A DNA stretch of 31,241 bases from Verrucomicrobiota bacterium. GTDB taxonomy: Bacteria; Verrucomicrobiota; Verrucomicrobiia; Limisphaerales; CANJXF01. The position numbers were made by a program, and so were the translations under genes. The stretch lies in assembly GCA_039916145.1 (NCBI GenBank), contig JBDSLX010000265.1:1-31241 (forward strand), in the 5' to 3' direction. Positions within the stretch are counted from its first letter, which is position 1. Every line of letters starts with the position of its first letter. This document shows positions 8,487-15,911 of this stretch, one piece after another. The notes under the pieces were generated by a model. The model had not been told where the DNA came from. It saw only the letters and a program-made list of their open reading frames with translations, and searched no databases.

Positions 8487-10606
8487 AAAAGCGCGCGCAG
8501 CACTGGCGTTCCTGTGTTGCGAAAATTTTTCTCGTGCTCGCCATATTTTCTCCTCTGCTTTGCCATGCTGCGGCGAAAGAGGAAAAGCTGGCGAAGCTCA
8601 AAGTCTCTGGCTACGGGCCGTTCGGGAATCTTGAGTTGAAAAACTTAGTTAAAACGTTCGATGACAAAGGAAAACGCCGGGAATTTTACGACGCGAATTT
8701 CATCGAAGACACCGCGCTGATTTTGATTTCGCGGATTAATCGAGATGGTTACTTGAAACCGAAGATCACTGCTCACATGACGCTCGAAGACGGGCGCGTC
8801 CAAACTCACCAATGGCAGGAAACAGTTCGCGAACCGTTGCCACGTCCGATCAATGCAAGACTGGTCGAATTTGAAATTGATGCGGGCGTGTTTTATTTTT
8901 TTGAGAAAATTGATTTCGATGGATTGCAAGCGGTGGATGCGGACGACGCGAAAGCGTTTTTCGTTGAGCGCGGCGCTTTGGTGAAATTTAAAAAGGCGCG
9001 GGTTTTTACACCGGCAAGACTTGATCGCGGTTTGTCGAGTTTGACCGAAGTGCTTTCGCGCAAGGGCCACGACGAAGCCGAGGCGTCCGTGGCGCAATTG
9101 GATCAAAACGACAAAACGGGAGCGGTGAATGTGAAGATCCGGGTGAAGCAAGGGCCAAAGTTTTTTGTGCGCTCGATTCGAAAAGAAGTTTTTTACGGAA
9201 CCAACACGCAACCAACCGAAGCCTCCACCATCGCCACCAATGTGACTTATTCAAAACTTTGGCAGCAGGATTTTTTGCAAGCGTTGAAAGCCACAAATTT
9301 TCATCGCGGCTTTCCCGACACGATTGTTGAAATGGCCCCTGTGAAACGCGAATCAACCAACGGTTTGGTGTTGCTGGACCTGGCTGCAAAAGTGAACAGC
9401 GGCGAAGAGATTAAATTGGGCGAGGTGAAATTTACCGGGCAAAAACACACGAAAGAAGCTCCGTTGCGCCGCCGCGTTCGTTTGAAAAAAAATGGCGTGT
9501 TGGATCGCATTCAGGTCGAGAATGGACGCTATCGTTTGGCGCGTCTCGGTATTTTCGATTCCGTTGGAGTGAAATACGATCGAGTGGATGAACGGACGCG
9601 CGACGTCATTTACGAATTGAAAGAAGGCAAAGAAGTTGATGTCAGCATGTTATTCGGTTTCGGAACTTACGAATTGCTGCGGCTCGGCTTCGAGGTGAAT
9701 CAATACAATGTTTTTGGACGGGCGCATCACGCCCGGTTGCGCGTGGCGCAATCCTTCAAATCCTCCAGCGCGGATTATATCTACACAATGCCGGAATTGA
9801 TCGGCGAAGATGTGGACGTTTTTTTCAATGCGTTCGGACTGCGTCGCGAAGAAGTTTCATTCACACGCGAAGAATACGGCGGCGGCGCCGGTGTGAAAAA
9901 GTTTTTGAAATCAATCTCCAGCGATTTCGGCGCGCGCTACAATTATCAGATTCTTAATGCGGTGGAGACAAAACTGGCCGAAGAAGTTGGCGTCGCGAGC
10001 GCGGCGGTCGGCTCAGTGACGTTTGATTTGAAACGCGACAAACGGGACAACCCGCTTTATCCGAAGCAAGGCTACCGGGTTTACGGCAGCATGGAAACTG
10101 CGTCCGAATATCTGGCTGGCGATGTCAATTTTCAGCGGTTTGATATAGGCGCATCGTTTCACCAGCCGATTCGCAAAACGAGCTGGCTGCACCTCGGATT
10201 GAATCACGGAATTATTTTCACTCAAGGCAGCCCGCTGGAGGAATTGCCGTTCAACAAGAGATTTTTTCCTGGCGGTGAAAACTCGGTGCGCGGTTTTCAA
10301 GAAGGTGAAGCGGCTCCGCGAAATAGTGGCGGCGAGGTAATTGGAGCAGAGACTTATTTGAGCGCAAATGTGGAATTTGAACAGGCGCTGACCGAGAAAT
10401 GGTCGGTGGTCGCGTTTTCGGATTCAATCGGCTTCGCCAAAGATTTTGGAAATTATCCGTATGATGAAACGCTTTTTTCGGTGGGCGTGGGTCTTCGGTG
10501 GAGAACGGTAATCGGTCCCATTCGCTTGGAATACGGCCATAATTTAAACCCGCGCAAAGATGATCCGGCGGGAACGCTGCATTTCTCGATCGGATTTCCG
10601 TTTTGA
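8483..10606 (+). CDS. Omp85-family (TamA/BamA-like) outer-membrane beta-barrel with POTRA domains
   Basis: Signal peptide, POTRA-like repeats, SVRGF loop-6 motif, GPIRLEYG and C-terminal beta-signal HFSIGFPF. Start placed at GTG 8483, a GTGA overlap with the tamB stop. Confidence 0.92.
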   Translation: MKKRAQHWRSCVAKIFLVLAIFSPLLCHAAAKEEKLAKLKVSGYGPFGNLELKNLVKTFDDKGKRREFYDANFIEDTALILISRINRDGYLKPKITAHMTLEDGRVQTHQWQETVREPLPRPINARLVEFEIDAGVFYFFEKIDFDGLQAVDADDAKAFFVERGALVKFKKARVFTPARLDRGLSSLTEVLSRKGHDEAEASVAQLDQNDKTGAVNVKIRVKQGPKFFVRSIRKEVFYGTNTQPTEASTIATNVTYSKLWQQDFLQALKATNFHRGFPDTIVEMAPVKRESTNGLVLLDLAAKVNSGEEIKLGEVKFTGQKHTKEAPLRRRVRLKKNGVLDRIQVENGRYRLARLGIFDSVGVKYDRVDERTRDVIYELKEGKEVDVSMLFGFGTYELLRLGFEVNQYNVFGRAHHARLRVAQSFKSSSADYIYTMPELIGEDVDVFFNAFGLRREEVSFTREEYGGGAGVKKFLKSISSDFGARYNYQILNAVETKLAEEVGVASAAVGSVTFDLKRDKRDNPLYPKQGYRVYGSMETASEYLAGDVNFQRFDIGASFHQPIRKTSWLHLGLNHGIIFTQGSPLEELPFNKRFFPGGENSVRGFQEGEAAPRNSGGEVIGAETYLSANVEFEQALTEKWSVVAFSDSIGFAKDFGNYPYDETLFSVGVGLRWRTVIGPIRLEYGHNLNPRKDDPAGTLHFSIGFPF

Positions 10607-10670
10607 AAAATGGTCCAAAGCGCGAATACGATAGAATCGCTTTTTGAAACCGCGTTCATTAAACTAAACC

Positions 10671-11534
10671 GTGAAGTTTTGGAGCCGACAAGCTGTCCAC
10701 TTGTATTTCTTACTCGGCCTCTCTGGTTTTTTATTGTTGGGGGAAAAAGTTTTTGCGCACGGCGATCTCCATGAACGAATCCTCGTGGCAACCGTCGCCA
10801 TCAAACAGGATGCTAAAAATCCTGAGCTTTATTTCCAACGCGGAGAATTGTATCGGCAACACGGCGAATGGAAATTGGCTTTGGCCGATTTTGCTCAAGC
10901 GGAAAAGCTCAATCCGAAATTGACCGCGATAAATTTTGCGCGAGGCAAAGCCTTTTTTGAATCTGGACAATTCGACGAAGCGAAAGCTGCGCTGGATAAA
11001 TTTATTTTCAGCGAACCGAACCATTCGGAAGCACTGGCCCTGCGCGCTCGATCTTTTTTGAAACTGGGACAATCTCCATCAGCGGTGAACGATTTTACCC
11101 GCGCCATTGACTGCGCCAAAACTCCGAGTCCCGATTATTTTTTGCAACGCGCCCGCGCGCAGATTGCGGAGGGCAAAAGTGAGGAAGCCTTAACGGGGCT
11201 TGATGAGGGAATTCAGAAACTTGGTCCAGTGGCTTCATTTCAATTGTTGGCGATTGATCTCGAAGTGAATGCCAAACGTTACGACGCCGCTTTGTCCCGC
11301 CTCGAAAAAAGTTCCCGACAATCCCCGAGAAAAGAAACATGGCTCGCGCGCCGAGGAGACATTTTGGAACAAGCCGGTCGTCGCCTCGAAGCTCGCGAAG
11401 CATTTGCCGAAGCGCTGAAGTCGTTGAAATTGCTTCCACCCAGCCGCCGGGATGTTCCAGCAATGGCAGATTTGGAAATGCACATCGGTGCTGCCCTCTT
11501 GCGGTTGGAAAAAGAATCCAACCAAAAAAACTGA
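10671..11534 (+). CDS. Exported tetratricopeptide-repeat protein
   Basis: Signal peptide ending VFA|HGDLHERI; repeated TPR helices (YFQRGELY...ALADFAQA, FARGKAF...EAKAALDKF, LARRGDILEQAGRRLEAREAF). Confidence 0.88.
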   Translation: MKFWSRQAVHLYFLLGLSGFLLLGEKVFAHGDLHERILVATVAIKQDAKNPELYFQRGELYRQHGEWKLALADFAQAEKLNPKLTAINFARGKAFFESGQFDEAKAALDKFIFSEPNHSEALALRARSFLKLGQSPSAVNDFTRAIDCAKTPSPDYFLQRARAQIAEGKSEEALTGLDEGIQKLGPVASFQLLAIDLEVNAKRYDAALSRLEKSSRQSPRKETWLARRGDILEQAGRRLEAREAFAEALKSLKLLPPSRRDVPAMADLEMHIGAALLRLEKESNQKN

Positions 11535-11543
11535 AGCGTTAAA

Positions 11544-11572
11544 GTGACATGCTTCGGCAAAGTTGTCATAAT
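11544..11572 (+). promoter_or_regulatory. Sigma70-type promoter immediately upstream of the phosphatase ATG
   Basis: GTGACA, 17-nt spacer, CATAAT preceded by an extended-10 TG. ATG 11579 follows after 6 nt. TGACA/TGTCA inverted half-sites overlap it. Confidence 0.6.
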
Positions 11573-11578
11573 GCCACG

Positions 11579-13597
11579 ATGTTTTTGCGACTATTTTTTT
11601 TAGCTTTTTCACTCTTTTTGGCGGCAAATTTTTCGCCACGCGCTCAGGCGGCGGTGATTTTTGGCATCACCAATGTTTGGAAATACGAGCAGTCGAACAA
11701 TCTCGATGGCGTGAATTGGAAAATTCCGTCCTACGACGACTCGGAGTGGCCATCAGGCCCCGCGTTACTTTATGTTGAAGATCACACTGGGGTCACTCCA
11801 AGGAACACGCCGCTAACGCTTGGTCGAACAACGTATTATTTCCGAACGCAATTCAATTTTTCCGACACCAATGTACTGTCGGCACTGACGTTTTCCAATT
11901 TGCTTGATGATGGCGCGGTTTTTTATTTAAACGGAGTGGAGGTGCAGAGATTGCGAATGCCCGCCGCGCCCGCAGTCATAACTTACACAAATTTTTCAAC
12001 CAGCGGCGTCGTCGATGCCACTTCCTACGATGTCTTCGCGATTTACGGCGATGCGCTGACCAACCTGGTTGTCGGCACCAACGTGTTGGCAGTGGAAGTT
12101 CATCAAGTCAGCTCAACCAGTTCCGACATCGTTTTCGGGACGGCGTTGAGTTTTTCCAACTCGCTCATGACGCGCGGACCGTATCTTCAAATCGGCACGC
12201 CCACGAGTTTGGTGGTTCGTTGGCGCACGGCCATACCGTCCAACAGTCGCGTCCGTTTGGGAACCAATGTCACCAACCTGAACCTGATTGCTGATGATGT
12301 TTCCGTAACGAACGAGCATGAAGTCCTGGTGAGCGGATTATCGCCTGACACAAAATATTTTTATGCTGTCGGGACGAGCATCACCAATTTTGCGGGGGGC
12401 GATACCAATCATTTTTTCATTACCTCGCCTTTGCCCGGAACACCCAAGCCCACTCGCATTTGGGTGATAGGTGATGCCGGACGCGCCAATGCCAACCAAA
12501 TGGCAGTGCGCGATGCCTATTACAATTTCACCGGGTCACGCCACACCGATTTGTGGCTGATGTTGGGCGACAATGCGTATGACTACGGATCCGACAGCGA
12601 ATATCAAGCGGCTGTGTTCGACATCTATCCCACCCTTCTCCGCAAGTCCGTGCTTTGGTCAACGCTCGGAAATCACGAGACCGGGCAGTCAACCAACTTC
12701 AACGGAGTCTATCCGTATTTCGCTATGTTTAGTTTCCCAACCAACGCGGCGGCGGGCGGTTATCCTTCTTCCACCGAACATTATTATTCGTTCGATTACG
12801 GCAATATTCATTTCATTTGCCTGGATTCGATGACGGCAGACCGTTCGACCAATGGCGACATGGCGATCTGGCTACAGAACGATCTCAATTCGACGATGAA
12901 CAACTGGATCATTGCATTCTGGCATCACCCGCCCTACACGAAAGGCTCGCACGATTCCGACACGGAAATTGAGTTGATCGAGATGCGCCAAAATTTTCTG
13001 CCGATTCTCGAAGCCGGCGGAGTCGATTTGGTTTTGTCGGGTCATAGCCATTCCTACGAACGTTCGTATTTGCTCGACCAACATTACGGAACGACGAATA
13101 CGTTAGTAAATTCCATGAAGCTCAACAGCGGTAGCGGACGAGAAAATGGCACGGGCGCTTACTTCAAAAATTCCGGCACGCAACCGCATCAGGGAGCGGT
13201 TTATGCCGTAGTCGGCAGTTCGGGAGGAATCAGTGGCGGCCTGCTGAATCATCCGGCCATGTATATTTCGCTGAATAATCTTGGCTCAATGGTGCTCGAT
13301 GTTGCCGGCAATCGGTTGGACGCAAAATTTATTCGCGAAACTGGCGCGACGAACGATTTTTTCACCATCATCAAGAACAATATCACTCTCAGTTCAGCCA
13401 TATTTTCCGGCAGTGGAAACTTCCAATTCACCGTTACCGGATTAATTCCTGGAAAAACCAATTGGGTTCAAAGCTCGACCAATTTAACCAACTGGACGAC
13501 CTTTCGCACCAATGTTGCTTCCACGAATTTTCTTAACGTGACGAATGTCGGGAACACTTCGGGCAATCGTTTTTATCGGGTGCGACAACTTCCTTGA
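11579..13597 (+). CDS. Secreted purple acid phosphatase-family metallophosphoesterase with N-terminal beta-sandwich/FN3 domains and a C-terminal RFYR domain
   Basis: All five PAP motifs present: GDAG, GDNAY, GNHE, FWHH, GHSH. FN3-like RGPYLQ...VVRWRT...LSPDTKYFYAVG. Signal peptide from ATG 11579. Confidence 0.9.
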   Translation: MFLRLFFLAFSLFLAANFSPRAQAAVIFGITNVWKYEQSNNLDGVNWKIPSYDDSEWPSGPALLYVEDHTGVTPRNTPLTLGRTTYYFRTQFNFSDTNVLSALTFSNLLDDGAVFYLNGVEVQRLRMPAAPAVITYTNFSTSGVVDATSYDVFAIYGDALTNLVVGTNVLAVEVHQVSSTSSDIVFGTALSFSNSLMTRGPYLQIGTPTSLVVRWRTAIPSNSRVRLGTNVTNLNLIADDVSVTNEHEVLVSGLSPDTKYFYAVGTSITNFAGGDTNHFFITSPLPGTPKPTRIWVIGDAGRANANQMAVRDAYYNFTGSRHTDLWLMLGDNAYDYGSDSEYQAAVFDIYPTLLRKSVLWSTLGNHETGQSTNFNGVYPYFAMFSFPTNAAAGGYPSSTEHYYSFDYGNIHFICLDSMTADRSTNGDMAIWLQNDLNSTMNNWIIAFWHHPPYTKGSHDSDTEIELIEMRQNFLPILEAGGVDLVLSGHSHSYERSYLLDQHYGTTNTLVNSMKLNSGSGRENGTGAYFKNSGTQPHQGAVYAVVGSSGGISGGLLNHPAMYISLNNLGSMVLDVAGNRLDAKFIRETGATNDFFTIIKNNITLSSAIFSGSGNFQFTVTGLIPGKTNWVQSSTNLTNWTTFRTNVASTNFLNVTNVGNTSGNRFYRVRQLP

Positions 13598-13602
13598 ATT
13601 GA

Positions 13603-13678
13603 TGGTGGAGCCTAGGGGATTCGAACCCCTGACCTTCTCATTGCGAACGAGACGCTCTACCAACTGAGCTAAGACCCC
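13603..13678 (-). tRNA. tRNA-Ala(CGC)
   Basis: 76 nt, GGGGTCTTAGCTCAGTTGGTAGAGCG...TTCGCAA...GGTTCGAATCCC...CCACCA. Anticodon CGC, G3:U70 alanine identity pair, encoded CCA. Confidence 0.97.
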
Positions 13679-13885
13679 ATCAGGCGCGCTCAAATATGAA
13701 ACAAAAATTTCTTCAGGCAAGCCGAAAGAGATTTTTTGGCGCGCGGCGATCCTCATAAATACGAGGCCAATCCGAAAATAATTTGTCCCCTTTTACGACG
13801 AGCGGACATTATTGAATGAACGACGCAACTTGGCGTCAATTATCTTGCCACGTGATTAAAACTGGCGTTGTTTGTCCAAGTTCTG

Positions 13886-14653
13886 ATGAATCGTCCAGCG
13901 AATATCGCGTTCGTTAAAAACAAATCAAAACGGGCATCAATGCCCGGCCTCCTTGCCTTCACCCTCATCGAATTGCTCGTCGTCATCGCCATCATCGCGA
14001 TCCTCGCGTCGCTGTTGCTCCCCGCTTTGGCCAAGGCTAAACAATCGGCCTACCGCATCAAATGCACCAGTAATTTGAAACAGCTTGGGACGGCCATTGA
14101 AATGTACACCGCCGACAACGACGACCGTTTGCCCGGCCCGGTTTGGCAGGGGCTTTACGATACTTATTTCGACAACGGCACCCAGGACGCGCGAATTCGG
14201 ATGCCGTTTTATATTGCGACGTATCTGGGCTTGCCTAAGCCGACGCCTGAAGTGCGCCGGTTGCAAGTGGCCATTTGTCCCGCCGCTCAACGCGCGTGGA
14301 CTTCCGCCGCCGGTGGCACTCCCGATGATTCCTTGCGCCAGCCGTTGAGCTATATCGTCAGTGTCAAAGTTCAGAAAACCAATGACATGCCGGTAAGACC
14401 TTTCGGCTATCCCTATGGGAGTCTGCCCAGCGGGGCTTCAGGTGATGACGAATTGCCAAAACGCATTCGAGAAATTCGCAATCCCTCCGCGACCTGGGCA
14501 ATTATCGATGCCGATCAATTGAACGCCGTCAGTCTGGCTGCCTATTATCCCTTCCTCCCCAAAGAGCGTTCCCACAAAAAGGTTCGCAACCAGCTTTTCT
14601 TCGATTGGCACGTCGCGCCGACCAAAGAAGAGGCATCTGAAGAAGTGCAGTAA
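13886..14653 (+). CDS. Prepilin-type N-terminal cleavage/methylation domain protein (PVC pseudopilin-like, H-X9-DG-type C-terminus)
   Basis: AF|[36 protein letters not shown], and C-terminal [14 protein letters not shown]. Start codon uncertain (TTG 13868 or ATG 13886). Confidence 0.9.
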   Translation: MNRPANIAFVKNKSKRASMPGLLAFTLIELLVVIAIIAILASLLLPALAKAKQSAYRIKCTSNLKQLGTAIEMYTADNDDRLPGPVWQGLYDTYFDNGTQDARIRMPFYIATYLGLPKPTPEVRRLQVAICPAAQRAWTSAAGGTPDDSLRQPLSYIVSVKVQKTNDMPVRPFGYPYGSLPSGASGDDELPKRIREIRNPSATWAIIDADQLNAVSLAAYYPFLPKERSHKKVRNQLFFDWHVAPTKEEASEEVQ

Positions 14654-14670
14654 CTCACTCTCGGAAGTCG

Positions 14671-15747
14671 CTACATTTTCCGCAAACTTCCGCCTTTGAC
14701 TTCCCAACGCTGGACATTTTTTCCAAGCTCGCGCGGCCAATTTTCCTCGGTGCAGGTCATGAACACCTGACTGCGCGCTTGTTGGGCGCGGTTAAGCAAC
14801 GGCAAAAATCCCGCCCGACGTTTGGCGTCCAGTTCGCCCATCACATCGTCAATGAGCAGAATCGGCGACGCGCCGTAAATGCCGGAAAGATATTCGGCCT
14901 GCGCCATTTTCAGCGCGATGGCCAGCGAACGTTTTTGACCTTCACTCGCAAACTTCGCGGCGGATTTTTCGTCGAGCAACAATTGCAAATCATCGCGATG
15001 CGGGCCGATGAGCGTGGAACGAAAAATTCTTTCCCGCGCGCGAGATTGGGCGAGTTCGACGGCGAAATCATTTTTTACCGTGGGTTGATAAACGAGACGC
15101 AATTCCTCGGCATCAACGGAAATTCGCCGATACGCCAATCGTGCCAAAGGAGAAATTTTCGGCAACAATTCCTGTCGAAACTTGATGAGTTGATTGCCAA
15201 TTTGCACCAGTTCGCGCGTGAAACTTTCCAGAGCGGATTCGTCCAAAGTGCGCTGTTTGAGCAGCGCATTTCGCGAGCGCAACGCCTGCGCGTAACGTTG
15301 TAGCAACGGCAAATAAACCGGATGCGTTTGTGCGAGGAGCAGATCAAGAAACCGCCGACGCGAACGCGCTGCGCCTTTGATGAGTTGCAAATCTTCCGTG
15401 CAAAAAACCACGGCGCGCAATGTGCCAAAATAATCGGCGAGCTTGCGAACGGGTTGCGCATCGAGACTCAATTTTCGTTCCGCGCTCGACCAATATATTT
15501 TTATTTCATGCGTTCGTTGCCCGACAACATTGGCACCGACGAAATATCCTTTCTTGCCGTGCTGCACCATTTGCGCGCCGCCGACTCCGCGAAAAGATCG
15601 CAGCGTCGCGAGAAGATAAATGGCTTCGAGAATATTGGTTTTGCCCTGCGCATTGTCGCCGAGCAGCACGTGAAAGCCGGGCGCAAAATCGACATCGAGC
15701 CGCGCATAATTGCGGAAGTCGCGAAGTCTGAGATGAGCCAATTGCAC
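14671..15747 (-). CDS. recF: DNA replication/repair protein RecF
   Basis: LRDFRNY, Walker A GDNAQGKTNILEAI, GPHRDDL, SEGQKRS and LLIDDVMGELD. GTG start. Confidence 0.97.
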   Translation of the reverse strand: MQLAHLRLRDFRNYARLDVDFAPGFHVLLGDNAQGKTNILEAIYLLATLRSFRGVGGAQMVQHGKKGYFVGANVVGQRTHEIKIYWSSAERKLSLDAQPVRKLADYFGTLRAVVFCTEDLQLIKGAARSRRRFLDLLLAQTHPVYLPLLQRYAQALRSRNALLKQRTLDESALESFTRELVQIGNQLIKFRQELLPKISPLARLAYRRISVDAEELRLVYQPTVKNDFAVELAQSRARERIFRSTLIGPHRDDLQLLLDEKSAAKFASEGQKRSLAIALKMAQAEYLSGIYGASPILLIDDVMGELDAKRRAGFLPLLNRAQQARSQVFMTCTEENWPRELGKNVQRWEVKGGSLRKM

Positions 15748-15748
15748 G

Positions 15749-15783
15749 GAGTCAGGAGACAGGAGTCAGAAGACAGAATCCAG
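15749..15783. repeat. Degenerate heptamer tandem repeat x5 (GAGTCAG GAGACAG GAGTCAG AAGACAG AATCCAG)
   Basis: Directly visible; abuts the recF start codon. Confidence 0.8.
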
Positions 15784-15793
15784 TAGAAAGCAG

Positions 15794-15910
15794 GTTTGGA
15801 GTTCCGCCTTCAGGCGGTTCCGCGTTGGAGTTCAAGCTTTAGCTTGCTTTGCACTGACAAGCTAATGAACTCCAACAAGCAGGGAACCGCCTGAAGGCGG
15901 AACTCCAAAC
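15794..15910. repeat. Nested REP doublet (REPIN-like): an outer 28-bp perfect inverted repeat enclosing a second inverted pair
   Basis: Outer arms: GTTTGGAGTTCCGCCTTCAGGCGGTTCC (15794-15821) and its exact complement (15883-15910). Inner arms: GTTGGAGTTCAAGCTTTAGCTTG (15824-15846) and CAAGCTAA----TGAACTCCAAC (15858-15876, 4-nt deletion). Confidence 0.9.
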
Positions 15911-15911
15911 G

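Noticed and set aside
11544-11572. Possible Pho box (TTGTCAT) before the phosphatase
   Set aside because: Only one good half-site, with no 11-bp-period direct repeat; the TGACA/TGTCA pair is explained by the -35 and extended -10 elements.
15749-15910. Repeat cluster considered as a CRISPR array or MITE/IS
   Set aside because: Inverted rather than direct repeats, no unique spacers, no cas or transposase gene, and no target-site duplication seen.
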